From Octopus sinensis (Eukaryota): 64,000 nt of DNA. The stretch spans positions 1 to 64,000 of the forward strand of contig NW_021832610.1 in the NCBI RefSeq assembly GCF_006345805.1. The letters are read 5' to 3'. The translations under genes were made by a program, and so were the position numbers. Position 1 is the stretch's first letter. Each line of letters opens with the position of its first letter. Positions 44,001 to 57,283 of this stretch are shown piece after piece. Under the pieces are notes generated by a model. The model worked only from the letters and a program-made list of their open reading frames with translations, had not been told where the DNA came from and searched no databases.

Positions 44001-47000
44001 TATTTTTAGTTGCTGTTCTATTTTAATTGCTGTTCTATGTTTAGTGCTGTTCTATTTTTACTTGCGTTCTATTTTAGGTGCTTCTATTTTTAGTTTATTT
44101 GTCTATTTTTAGTTTATTTGTCCTATTTTTTAGTTGCTGTTCTATTTTTAGTTTATTTGTCTATTTTTAGTTGCTGTTCTATTTTTTAGTTATTTGCCCA
44201 ATTTTTAGATTTTTGTTCTATTTTGAGTTTATTTTGTCCTTTTTTTAGTTTATTTGTCCTATTTTCAATTTATTTGTTCTATTTTAAGTTTATTTGTCCA
44301 TTTTTAGTTTTTTTGTCCCATTTTGAGTTTATTTGTACTATTTTTAGTATATTTGTCCTATTTTAAATTTATTTGTTCTATTTTCATTTTATTTGTTCTA
44401 TTTTTAGTTGCTCTTCTATTTTAGTTATTTGTTCTATTTTTAGTTGCTGTTCTATTTTTAATTGCTGTTCTATTTTTAGTTGCTGTTCTATTTTTACTTG
44501 CTGTTCTATTTTTAGTTGCTTTCTATTTTTAGTTTATTTGTTCTATTTTTAGTTTATTGTCCTATTTTTAGTTGCTGTTCTATTTTTAGTTGTATTTGTC
44601 CTATTTTTAGTTGTGTAGATTTTAGTTATTTGTTCTAATTTTAGTCGCTGTTCTATTTTTAGTTTATTTGTCCAATTTTTAGTTTATTTGTCCTATTTTG
44701 AGTTTATTTGTCATTTTTTGTTTATTGTCCTATTTTAAATTTATTTGTTCTATTTTTAGTTTTTTTTTTTTATATTTTGTCTAGTTTTCTGTGTTTTAAG
44801 TTAGTTTATTTGTTCTATATTTGTTGCTGTTCTATTTTTACTTGCTGTTCTATTTTTAGTTGCTGTTCTATTTTTACTTGAGTTCTATTTTTAGTTGCTG
44901 TTCTATTTTTAGTTTATATGTTCTATTTTAGTTATTTGTCCTTTTTTAGTTGCTGTTCTATTTTTAGTTTATTTGTCCTATTTTAGTCTGCTGCTCTATT
45001 TTTAGTTGCGTTCTATTTTTAGTTTATTGTTCTATTTTTAAGTCGCTGTTCTATTTTAGTTTATTTGTCCAATTTTTAGTTTATTTGTACTATTTTGAGT
45101 TATTTGTCCTATTTTTAGTTTATTGTCCTTTTTTAATTTATTTGTTTATTAGTTTATTGGTTCTATTTTTAGTTGCTGTTCTATTTTTAGTTTATTTGTT
45201 CTATTTTTAGTTGCTGTTCTATTTTTAATTGCTGTTCTATTTTTAGTTTGCTGTTCTATTTTTACTTGCTGTTTCTATTTTTAGTTGCTGTTCTATTTTT
45301 GTTTATTTGTCCTATTTTTAGTTGCTGTTCTATTTTTTTGTTATTTGTCCTATTTGGTTGCTGTTCTATTTTTAGTTTATTTGCCCAATTTTTAGTTTTT
45401 TGTCTATTTTGAGTTTTTTGTCCTATTTTTAGTTTATTTGTCCTATTTTCATTTATTTGTTCTATTTTTAGTTTATTTGTCCATTTTTAGTTTTTTTGTC
45501 CTATTTTGAGTTTTTTGTACTATTTTTAGTTTATTTGTCCTATTTTAAATTTATTTGTTCTATTTTTATTTTATATGTTCTATTTTTAGTTGCTGTTCTA
45601 TTTATTTTATTTGTTCTATTTTTAGTTGCTGTTCTATTTTTAATTGCCGTTCTATTTTTAGTTGCTTTGCTATTTTTACTTGCTGTTCTATTTTTAGTTG
45701 CTTTTCTATTTTTAGTTTATTTGTTCTATTTTTAGTTTATTTGTCCTATTTTTAGTGTTGTTTCTTTTTTTAGTTTATTTTGTCCTATTTTTAGTTGCTG
45801 TTATTTTTTAGTTGCTGTTCTAATTTTAGTTTATTTGTTCTATTTTTAGTGCTGTTCTATTTTTAGTTGCTATTCTATTTTTAGTTTTTTTGTCCTATTT
45901 TTAGTTGCTGTTCTATTTTTAGTTTATTTGTTCCATTTTTAGTGGCTGTTCTATTTTTAGTTTATTTGTCCAATTTTTATTATTTGTCCTATTTTGAGTT
46001 TATTTGTCCTATTTTTAGTTTATTTGTCCTATTTTAAATTTTATTTTTCTATTTTTAGTTTATTTGTTCTATTTTTAGTTGCTGTTCTATTTTTAGTTTA
46101 TTTGTTCTATTTTTAGTTGCTGTTCTATTTTTACTTGCTGTTCTATTTTTATTTGCTGTTCTATTTTTACTTGCTGTTCTATTTTTAGTTGCTGTTCTAT
46201 TTTCAGATTATTTGTTCTATTTTTAGTTTATTTGTCCTATTTTTAGTTGCTGTTCTATTTTTAGTTTATTTGTCCTATTTTTAGTTGCTGTTATATTTTT
46301 AGTTGCTGTTCTATTTTTAGTTTATTTGTTCTATTTTTAGTTGCTGTTCTATTTTTAGTTGCTGTTCTATCTTTAGTTTATTTGTTGTATTTTTAGTTGC
46401 TGTTCTATTCTTAGTTTATTTGTCCTATTTTTAGCTGCTGCTCTATTTTTAGTTGCTGTTCTATTTTTAGTTTATTTGTTCTATTTTTAGTCGCTGTTCT
46501 ATTTTTAGTTTATTTGTCCAATTTTTAGTTTATTGGTACTATTTTGAGTTTATTTGTCCTATTTTTAGTTTATTTGTCCCATTTTTAATTTATTTGTTCT
46601 ATTTTTAGTTTATTGGTTCTATTTTTAGTTGCTGTTCTATTTTTAGTTTATTTGTTCTATTTTTAGTTGCTGTTCTATTTTTAATTGCTGTTCTATTTTT
46701 AGTTGCTGTTCTATTTTTAGTTGCTGTTATATTTTTAGTTGCTGTTCTATTTTTAGTTTATTTGTTCTATTTTTAGTTGCTGTTCTATTTTTAGTTGCTG
46801 TTCTATCTTTAGTTTATTTGTTGTATTTTTAGTTGCTGTTCTATTCTTAGTTTATTTGTCCTATTTTTAGCTGCTGCTCTATTTTTAGTTGCTGTACTAT
46901 TTTTAGTTTATTTGTTCTCTTTTTAGTCGCTGTTCTATTTTTAGTTTATTTGTCCAATTTTTAGTTTATTGGTACTATTTTGAGTTTATTTGTCCTATTT

Positions 47001-50000
47001 TTAGTTTATTTGTCCCATTTTAAATTTATTTGTTCTATTTTTAGTTTATTGGTTCTATTTTTAGTTGCTGTTCTATTTTTAGTTTATTTGTTCAATTTTT
47101 AGTTGCTGTTCTATTTTTAATTGCTGTTCTATTTTTGTTGCTGTTCTATTTTTACTTGCTGTTCTATTTTTAGTTGCTGTTCTATTTTTAGTTTATTTTG
47201 TTCTATTTTTAGTTTATTTGTCCTATTTTTAGTTGCTGTTCTATTTTTAGTTTATTTGTCCTATTTTTAGTTGCTGTTATATTTTTAGTTGCTGTTCAAT
47301 TTTTAGTTGCTGTTCTATTTTCAGTTGCTGTTCTATTTTTAGTTGCTGTTCTATTTTTAGTTTTATTTGTTCTATTTTTAGTTTATTTGTCCTATTTTTA
47401 GTTGCTGTTATATTTTTAGTTGCTGTTCTATTTTTAGTTTATTTGTTCTATTTTTAGTTTATTTGTCCTATTTTTAGTTGCTGTTCTTTTTTTAGTTTAT
47501 TTGTCCTATTTTTAGTTGCTGTTATATTTTTAGTTGCTGTTCTATTTTTAGTTTATTTGTTCTATTTTTAGTTGCTGTTCTATTTTTAGTTGCTATTCTA
47601 TTTTTAGTTTTTTGTCCTATTTTTAGTTGCTGTTCTATTTTTAGTTTATTTGTTCCATTTTTAGTCGCTGTTCTATTTTTAGTTTATTTGTCCAATTTTT
47701 AGTTTATTTGTTCTATTTTGAGTTTATTTGTCCTATTTTTAGTTTATTTGTCCTATTTTAAATTTATTTGTTCTATTTTTAGTTTATTTGTTCTATTTTT
47801 AGTTGCTGTTCTATTTTTAGTTTATTTGCTCTATTTTTAGTTGCTGTTCTATTTTTACTTGCTGTTCTATTTTTAGTTGCTGTTCTATTTTTACTTGCTG
47901 TTCTATTTTTAGTTGCTGTTCTATTTTTAGTTTATTTGTTCTATTTTTAGTTTATTTGTCCTATTTTTAGTTGCTGTTCTATTTTTAGTTTATTTGTCCT
48001 ATTTTTAGTTGCTGTTATATTTTTAGTTGCTGTTCTATTTTTAGTTTATTTGTTCTATTTTTAGTTGCTGTTCTATTTTTAGTTGCTGTTCTATCTTTAG
48101 TTTATTTGTTGTATTTTTAGTTGCTGTTCTATTTTTAGTTTATTTGTCCTATTTTTAGTTGCTGCTGCTCTATTTTTATTGCTGTTCTATTTTTAGTTTA
48201 TTTGTTCTATTTTTAGTCGCTGTTCTATTTTTAGTTTATTTGTCCAATTTTTAGTTTATTTGTACTATTTTGAGTTTATTTGTCCTATTTTTAGTTTATT
48301 TGTCCTATTTTTAATTTATTTGTTCTATTTTTAGTTTATTGGTTCTATTTTTAGTTGCTGTTCTATTTTTAGTTTATTTGTTCTATTTTTAGTTGCTGTT
48401 CTATTTTTAATTGCTGTTCTATTTTTAGTTGCTGTTCTATTTTTACTTGCTGTTCTATTTTTAGTTGCTGTTCTATTTTTAGTTTATTTGTTCTATTTTT
48501 AGTTTTTTTGTTGTCCTATTTTTAGTTGCTGTTCTATTTTTAGTTTATTTGTCCTATTTTTAGTTGCTGTTATATTTTTAGTTGCTGTTCTATTTTTAGT
48601 TGCTGTTCTATTTTCAGTTGCTGTTCTATTTTTAGTTGCTGTTCTATTTTTAGTTTATTTGTTCTATTTTTAGTTTATTTGTCCTATTTTTAGTTGCTGT
48701 TCTATTTTTAGTTTATTTGTCCTATTTTTAGTTGCTGTTATATTTTTAGTTGCTGTTCTATTTTTAGTTTATTTGTTCTAATTTTAGTTGCTGTTCTATT
48801 TTTAGTTGCTGTTCTATTTTTAGTTTATTTGTCCTATTTTTAGTTGCTGTTCTATTTTTAGTTTATTTGTCCAATTTTTAGTTTTTTTGTCCTATTTTGA
48901 GTTTATTTGTCCTATTTTTAGTTTATTTGTCCTATTTTCAATTTATTTGTTCTATTTTTAGTTTATTTGTCCAATTTTTAGTTTTTTTGTCCTATTTTGA
49001 GTTTATTTGTACTATTTTTAGTATATTTGTCCTATTTTAAATTTATTTGTTCTATTTTCATTTTATTTGTTCTATTTTTAGTTGCTCTTCTATTTTTAGT
49101 TTATTTGTTCTATTTTTAGTTGCTGTTCTATTTTTAATTGCTGTTCTATTTTTAGTTGCTGTTCTATTTTTACTTGCTGTTCTATTTTTAGTTGCTGTTC
49201 TATTTTTAGTTTATTTGTTCTATTTTTAGTTTATTTGTCCTATTTTTAGTTGCTGTTCTATTTTTAGTTTATTTGTCCTATTTTTAGTTGCTGTTCTATT
49301 TTTAGTTTATTTGTTCTAATTTTAGTCGCTGTTCTATTTTTAGTTTATTTGTCCAATTTTTAGTTTATTTGTCCTATTTTGAGTTTATTTGTCCTATTTT
49401 TAGTTTATTTGTCCTATTTTAAATTTATTTGTTCTATTTTTAGTTTATTTGTTCTATTTTTAGTTGCTGTTCTATTTTTAGTTTATTTGTTCTATTTTTA
49501 GTTGCTGTTCTATTTTTACTTGCTGTTCTATTTTTAGTTGCTGTTCTATTTTTACTTGCTGTTCTATTTTTAGTTGCTGTTCTAATTTTAGTTTATTTGT
49601 TCTATTTTTAGTTTATTTGTCCTATTTTTAGTTGCTGTTCTATTTTTAGTTTATTTGTCCTATTTTTAGTTGTTGTTCTATTTTTAGTTGCTGTTCTATT
49701 TTTAGTTTATTTGTTCTATTTTTAGTCGCTGTTCTATTTTTAGTTTATTTGTCCAATTTTTAGTTTATTTGTACTATTTTGAGTTTATTTGTCCTATTTT
49801 TAGTTTATTTGTCCTATTTTTAATTTATTTGTTCTATTTTTAGTTTATTGGTTCTATTTTTAGTTGCTGTTCTATTTTTAGTTTATTTGTTCTAATTTTA
49901 GTTGCTGTTCTATTTTTAATTGCTGTTCTATTTTTAGTTGCTGTTCTATTTTTACTTGCTGTTCTATTTGTAGTTGCTGTTCTATTTTTAGTTTATTTGT

Positions 50001-53000
50001 TCTATTTTTAGTTTATTTGTCCTATTTTTAGTTGCTGTTCTATTTTTAGTTTATTTGTCCTATTTTTAGTTGCTGTTCTATTTTTAGTTTATTTGCCCAA
50101 TTTTTAGTATTTTGTCCTATTTTGAGTTTATTTGTCCTATTTTTAGTTTATTTGTCCTATTTTCAATTTATTTGTTCTATTTTTAGTTTATTTGTTCCAT
50201 TTTTAGTGGCTGTTCTATTTTTAGTTTATTTGTCCAATTTTTAGTTTATTTGTCCTATTTTGAGTTTATTTGTCCTATTTTTTAGTTTATTTGTCCTATT
50301 TTAAATTTATTTGTTCTATTTTTAGTTTATTTGTTCTATTTTTAGTTGCTGTTCTATTTTTAGTTTATTTCTATTTTTAGTTGCTGTTCTATTTTTACTT
50401 GCTGTTCTATTTTTATTTGCTGTTCTATTTTTACTTGCTGTTCTATTTTTAGTTGCTGTTCTATTTTCAGATTATTTGTTCTATTTTTAGTTTATTTGTC
50501 CTATTTTTAGTTGCTGTTCTATTTTTAGTTTATTTGTCCTATTTTTAGTTGCTGTTACATTTTTAGTTGCTGTTCTATTTTTAGTTTATTTGTTCTATTT
50601 TTAGTTGCTGTTCTATTTTTAGTTGCTGTTCTATCTTTAGTTTATTTGTTGTATTTTTAGTTGCTGTTCTATTCTTAGTTTATTTGTCCTATTTTTAGCT
50701 GCTGCTCTATTTTTAGTTGCTGTTCTATTTTTAGTTTATTTGTTCTATTTTTAGTCGCTGTTCTATTTTTAGTTTATTTGTCCAATTTTTAGTTTATTGG
50801 TACTATTTTGAGTTTATTTGTCCTATTTTTAGTTTATTTGTCCTATTTAATTTATTTGTTCTATTTTAGTTTATTGGTTCTATTTTTTAGTTCTGTTCTA
50901 TTTTTAGTTTATTTGTTCTATTTTTAGTTGCTGTTCTATTTTAATTGCTGTTCTATTTTTAGTTGCTGTTCTATTTTTAGTTGCTGTTTATATTTTTAGT
51001 TGCTGTTCTATTTTTAGTTTATTTGTTCTATTTTAGTTGCTGTTCTATTTTTAGTTGCTGTTCTATCTTTAGTTTATTTGTTTATTTTAGTTGCTGTTCT
51101 ATTCTTAGTTTATTTGTCCTATTTTTAGCTGCTGCTCTATTTTTAGTTGCTGTTCTATTTTTAGTTTATTTGTTCTACTTTTAGTCGCTGTTCTATTTTT
51201 AGTTTATTTGTCCATTTTTAGTTTTATTTGTACTATTTTGAGTTTATTTGTCCTATTTTTAGTTTATTTGTCCATTTAAATTTATTTGTTCTATTTTTAG
51301 TTTATTGGTTCTATTTTTAGTTGCTGTTCTATTTTTAGTTTATTTGTTCTATTTTTAGTTGCTGTTCTATTTTTAATTGCTGTTCTATTTTTAGTTGCTG
51401 TTCTATTTTTACTTGCTGTTCTATTTTTAGTTGCTGTTCTATTTTTAGTTTATTTGTTCTATTTTTAGTTTATTTGTCCTATTTTTAGTTGCTGTTCTAT
51501 TTTTAGTTTATTTGTCCTATTTTTAGTTGCTGTTATATTTTTAGTTGCTGTTCTATTTTTAGTTGCTGTTCTATTTTCAGTTGCTGTTCTATATTTAGTT
51601 GCTGTTCTATTTTTAGTTTTATTTGTTCTATTTTTAGTTTATTTGTCCTATTTTTAGTTGCTGTTCTATTTTTAGTTTATTTGTCCTATTTTTAGTTGCT
51701 GTTATATTTTTAGTTGCTGTTCTATTTTTAGTTTATTTGTTCTAATTTTAGTTGCTGTTCTATTTTTAGTTGCTGTTCTATTTTTAGTTTATTTGTCCTA
51801 TTTTTAGTTGCTGTTCTATTTTTAGTTTATTTGTCCAATTTTTGGTTTTTTTGTCCTATTTTGAGTTTATTTGTCCTATTTTTAGTTTATTTGTCCTATT
51901 TTCAATTTATTTGTTCTATTTTTAGTTTATTTGTCCAATTTTTAGTTTTTTGTCCTATTTTGAGTTTATTTGTACTATTTTTAGTTTATTTGTCCTATTT
52001 TAAATTTATTTGTTCTATTTTTAGTTTATTTGTTCTATTTTTAGTTGCTGTTCTATTTTTAGTTTATTTGTTCTATTTTTAGTTGCTGTTCTATTTTTAT
52101 TGCTGTTCTATTTTTAGTTGCTGTTCTATTTTTACTTGCTGTTCTATTTTTAGTTGCTGTTCTATTTTTAGTTTATTTGTTCTATTTTTAGTTTATTTGT
52201 CCTATTTTTAGTTGCTGTTCTATTTTTAGTTTATTTGTTCTATTTTTAGTTGCTGTTCTATTTTTAGTTTTTTTTGTCCTATTTTTAGTTGCTGTTCTAT
52301 TTTTAGTTTATTTGTTCTATTTTTAGTCGCTGTTCTATTTTTAGTTTATTTGTCCAATTTTTAGTTTATTTGTCCTATTTTGAGTTTATTTGTCCTATTT
52401 TTAGTTTATTTGTCCTATTTTAAATTTATTTGTTCTATTTTTAGTTTATTTGTTCTATTTTTAGTTGCTGTTCTATTTTTAGTTTATTTGTTCTATTTTT
52501 AGTTGCTGTTCTATTTTTACTTGCTGTTCTATTTTTAGTTGCTGTTCTATTTTTACTTGCTGTTCTATTTTTAGTTGCTGTTCTAATTTTAGTTTATTTG
52601 TTCTATTTTTAGTTTATTTGTCCTATTTTTAGTTGCTGTTCTATTTTTAGTTGCTGCTCTATTTTTAGTTGCTGTTCTATTTTTAGTTTATTTGTTCTAT
52701 TTTTAGTCGCTGTTCTATTTTTAGTTTATTTGTCCAATTTTTAGTTTATTTGTACGATTTTGAGTTTATTTGTCCTATTTTTAGTTTATTTGTCCTATTT
52801 TTAATTTATTTGTTCTATTTTTAGTTTATTTGTTCTATTTTTAGTTAATTTGTCCTATTTTTAGTTGCTGTTCTATTTTTAGTTTATTTGTCCTATTTTT
52901 AGTTGCTGTTCTATTTTTAGTTTATTTGTCCAATTTTTAGTTTTTTGTCCTATTTTGAGTTTATTTATCCTATTGTTAGTTTATTTGTCCTATTTTCAAT

Positions 53001-56000
53001 TTATTTGTTCTATTTTTAGTTTATTTGTCCAATTTTTAGTTTTTTGTCCTATTTTGAGTTTATTTGTACTATTTTTAGTTTATTTGTCCTATTTTAAATT
53101 TATTTGTTCTATTTTTAGTTTATTTGTTCTATTTTTAGTTGCTGTTCTATTTTTAGTTTATTTGTTCTATTTTTAGTTGCTGTTCTATTTTTAATTGCTG
53201 TTCTATTTTTAGTTGCTGTTCTATTTTTACTTGCTGTTCTATTTTTAGTTGCTGTTCTATTTTTAGTTTATTTGTTCTATTTTTAGTTTATTTGTCCTAT
53301 TTTTAGTTGCTGTTCTATTTTTAGTTTATTTGTCCTATTTTTAGTTGCTGTTATATTTTTAGTTGCTGTTATATTTTTAGTTGCTGTTCTATTTTTAGTT
53401 TATTTGTTCTATTTTTAGTTGCTGTTCTATTTTTAGTTGCTGTTCTATTTTTAGTTTTTTTGTCCTATTTTTATTTGCTGTTCTATTTTTAGTTTATTTG
53501 TTCTATTTTTAGTCGCTGTTCTATTTTTAGTTTATTTGTCCAATTTTTAGTTTATTTGTCCTATTTTGAGTTTATTTGTCCTATTTTTAGTTTATTTGTC
53601 CTATTTTAAATTTATTTGTTCTATTTTTAGTTTATTTGTTCTATTTTTAGTTGCTGTTCTATTTTTAGTTTATTTGTTCTATTTTTAGTTGCTGTTCTAT
53701 TTTTACTTGCTGTTCTATTTTTAGTTGCTGTTCTATTTTTACTTGCTGTTCTATTTTTAGTTGCTGTTCTAATTTTAGTTTATTTGTTCTATTTTTAGTT
53801 TATTTGTCCTATTTTTAGTTGCTGTTCTATTTTTAGTTTATTTGTCCTATTTTTAGTTGTTGTTATATTTTTAGTTGCTGTTCTATTTTTAGTTTATTTG
53901 TTCTATTTTTAGTTGCTGTTCTATTTTTAGTTGCTGTTCTATCTTTAGTTTATTTGTTGTATTTTTAGTTGCTGTTCTATTTTTAGTTTATTTGTCCTAT
54001 TTTTAGTTGCTGTTCTATTTTTAGTTTATTTGTTCTATTTTTAGTCGCTGTTCTATTTTTAGTTTATTTGTCCAATTTTTAGTTTATTTGTACTATTTTG
54101 AGTTTATTTGTCCTATTTTTAGTTTATTTGTCCTATTTTTAGTTTATTTGTCCTATTTTTAGTTGCTGTTCTATTTTTAGTTTATTTGTCCTATTTTCAG
54201 TTGCTGTTATATTTTTAGTTGCTGTTCTATTTTTAGTTGCTGTTCTAATTTTAGTTGCTGTTCTATTTTCAGTTGCTGTTCTATTTTTGTTGCTGTTCTA
54301 TTTTTAGTTTATTTTGTTCTTTTTTAGTTGCTGTTCTATTTTTAGTTTATTTGTTCTATTTTTAGTTGCTGTTCTATTTTTACTTGCTGTTCTATTTTTA
54401 GTTGCTGTTCTATTTTTACTTGCTGTTCTATTTTTAGTTGCTGTTCTAATTTTAGTTTATTTGTTCTATTTTTAGTTTATTTGTCCTATTTTTAGTTGCT
54501 GTTCTATTTTTAGTTGCTGCTCTATTTTTAGTTGCTGTTCTATTTTTAGTTTATTTGTTCTATTTTTGTTGCTGTTCTATTTTTAGTTTATTTGTCCAAT
54601 TTTTAGTTTATTTGTACGATTTTGAGTTTATTTGTCCTATTTTTAGTTTATTTGTCCTATTTTTAATTTATTTGTTCTATTTTTAGTTTATGTGTTCTAT
54701 TTTTAGTTTATTTGTCCTATTTTTAGTTGCTGTTCTATTTTTAGTTTATTTGTCCTATTTTTAGTTGCTGTTCTATTTTTAGTTTATTTGTCCAATTTTT
54801 AGTTTTTTTGTCCTATTTTGAGTTTATTTGTCCTATTTTTAGTTTATTTGTCCTATTTTCAATTTATTTGTTCTATTTTTAGTTTATTTGTCCAATTTTT
54901 AGTTTTTTTGTCCTATTTTGAGTTTATTTGTACTATTTTTAGTTTATTTGTCCTATTTTAAATTTATTTGTTCTATTTTTAGTTTATTTGTTCTATTTTT
55001 AGTTGCTGTTCTATTTTTAGTTTATTTGTTCTATTTTTAGTTGCTGTTCTATTTTTAATTGCTGTTCTATTTTTAGTTGCTGTTCTATTTTTACTTGCTG
55101 TTCTATTTTTAGTTGCTGTTCTATTTTTAGTTTATTTGTTCTATTTTTAGTTTATTTGTCCTATTTTTAGTTGCTGTTCTATTTTTAGTTTATTTGTCCT
55201 ATTTTTAGTTGCTGTTATATTTTATGTTGCTGTTATATTTTTAGTTGCTGTTCTATTTTTAGTTTATTTGTTCTATTTTTAGTTGCTGTTCTATTTTTAG
55301 TTGCTGTTCTATTTTTAGTTTTTTTTGTCCTATTTTTAGTTGCTGTTCTATTTTTAGTTTATTTGTTCTATTTTTAGTCGCTGTTCTATTTTTAGTTTAT
55401 TTGTCCAATTTTTAGTTTATTTGCCCTATTTTGAGTTTATTTGTCCTATTTTTAGTTTATTTGTCCTATTTTAAATTTATTTGTTTTATTTTTAGTTTAT
55501 TTGTTCTATTTTTAGTTGCTGTTCTATTTTTAGTTTATTTGTTCTATTTTTAGTTGCTGTTCTATTTTTACTTGCTGTTATATTTTTAGTTGCTGTTCTA
55601 TTTTTACTTGCTGTTCTATTTTTAGTTGCTGTTCTAATTTTAGTTTATTTGTTCTATTTTTAGTTTATTTTTCCTATTTTTAGTTGCTGTTCTATTTTTA
55701 CTTTATTTGTCCTATTTTTAGTTGTTGTTCTATTTTTAGTTGCTGTTCTATTTTTAGTTTATTTGTTCTATTTTTAGTTGCTGTTCTATTTTTAGTTGCT
55801 GTTCTATCTTTAGTTTATTTGTTGTATTTTTAGTTGCTGTTCTATTTTTAGTTTATTTGTCCTATTTTTAGTTGCTGTTCTATTTTTAGTTTATTTGTTC
55901 TACTTTTAGTCGCTGTTCTATTTTTAGTTTATTTGTCCAATTTTTAGTTTATTTGTACTATTTTGAGTTTATTTGTCCTATTTTTAGTTTATTTGTTCTA

Positions 56001-57283
56001 TTTTTAGTTTATTTGTCCTATTTTTAGTTGCTCTTCTATTTTTAGTTTATTTGTCCTATTTTTAGTTGCTGTTATATTTTTAGTTGCTGTTCTATTTTTA
56101 GTTGCTGTTCTAATTTTAGTTGCTGTTCTATTTTCAGTTGCTGTTCTATTTTTGTTGCTGTTCTATTTTTAGTTTATTTGTTCTATTTTTAGTTTATTTG
56201 TCCTATTTTTAGTTGCTGTACTATTTTTAGTTTATTTGTCCTATTTTTAGTTGCTGTTATACTTTTAGTTGCTGTTCTATTTTTAGTTTATTTGTTCTAA
56301 TTTTAGTTGCTGTTCTATTTTTAGTTGCTGTTCTATTTTTAGTTTATTTGTCCTATTTTTAGTTGCTGTTCTATTATTAGTTTATTTGTCCAATTTTTAG
56401 TTTTTTTGTCCTATTTTGAGTTTATTTGTCCTATTTTTAGTTTATTTGTCCTATTTTCAATTTATTTGTTCTATTTTTAGTTTATTTGTCTAATTTTTAG
56501 TTTTTTGTCCTATTTTGAGTTTATTTGTCCTATTTTTTAGTTTATTTGTCCTATTTTAAATTTATTTGTTCTATTTTTAGTTTATTTGTACTATTTTTAG
56601 TTGCTGTTCTATTTTTAGTTTATTTGTTCTATTTTTAGTTGCTGTTCTATTTTTACTTGCTGTTCTATTTTTAGTTGCTGGTCTATTTTTACTTGCTGTT
56701 CTATTTTTAGTTGCTGTTCTATTTTTAGTTTATTTGTTCTATTTTTAGTTTATTCGTCCTATTTTTAGTTGCTGTTATATTTTTAGTTGCTGTTCTATTT
56801 TTAGTTTATTTGTTCTATTTTTAGTTGCTGTTCTATTTTTAGTTGCTGTTCTATCTTTAGTTTATTTGTTCTATTTTTAGTCGCTGTTCTATTTTTAGTT
56901 TATTTGCCCAATTTTTAATTGATTTGTCCTATTTTGAGTTTATTTGTCCTATTTTTAGTTTATTTGTCCTATTTTTAATTTATTTGTTCTATTTTAAGTT
57001 TATTTGTCCTAATTTTACTTGCTGTTCTATTTTTAGTTTATTTGTTCTATTTTTAGTCGCTGTTCTATTTTTAGTTTATTTGTTCCATTTTTAGTTGCTG
57101 TTCTATTTTTAGTTTATTTGTTCTATTCTTAGTTGCTGTTCTATTTTTAGTTGCTGTGCTATTTTAAGTTTATTTGTTCTATTTTTTGTTGCTGTTCTAA
57201 TTTTAGTTTACTTGTACTATTTTTAGCTGCTGTTCTATTTTTAGTTTATTTGTCCTATTTTTAGTTTATTATTACTATTTTTA
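38022..57283 (-). repeat. Satellite C array, inverted (~19.3 kb), with higher-order repeats
   Basis: TTTTTAGTTGCTGTTCTA / TTTTTAGTTTATTTGTYCTA units; rare variants recur at 1862-1865 bp and 4264 bp spacing. Confidence 0.95.

Noticed and set aside
3896-53176. Hydrophobic FLVAVL / CSIF ORFs resembling membrane proteins
   Set aside because: They are translations of the T-rich strand of satellite C; most begin at non-ATG starts and are short
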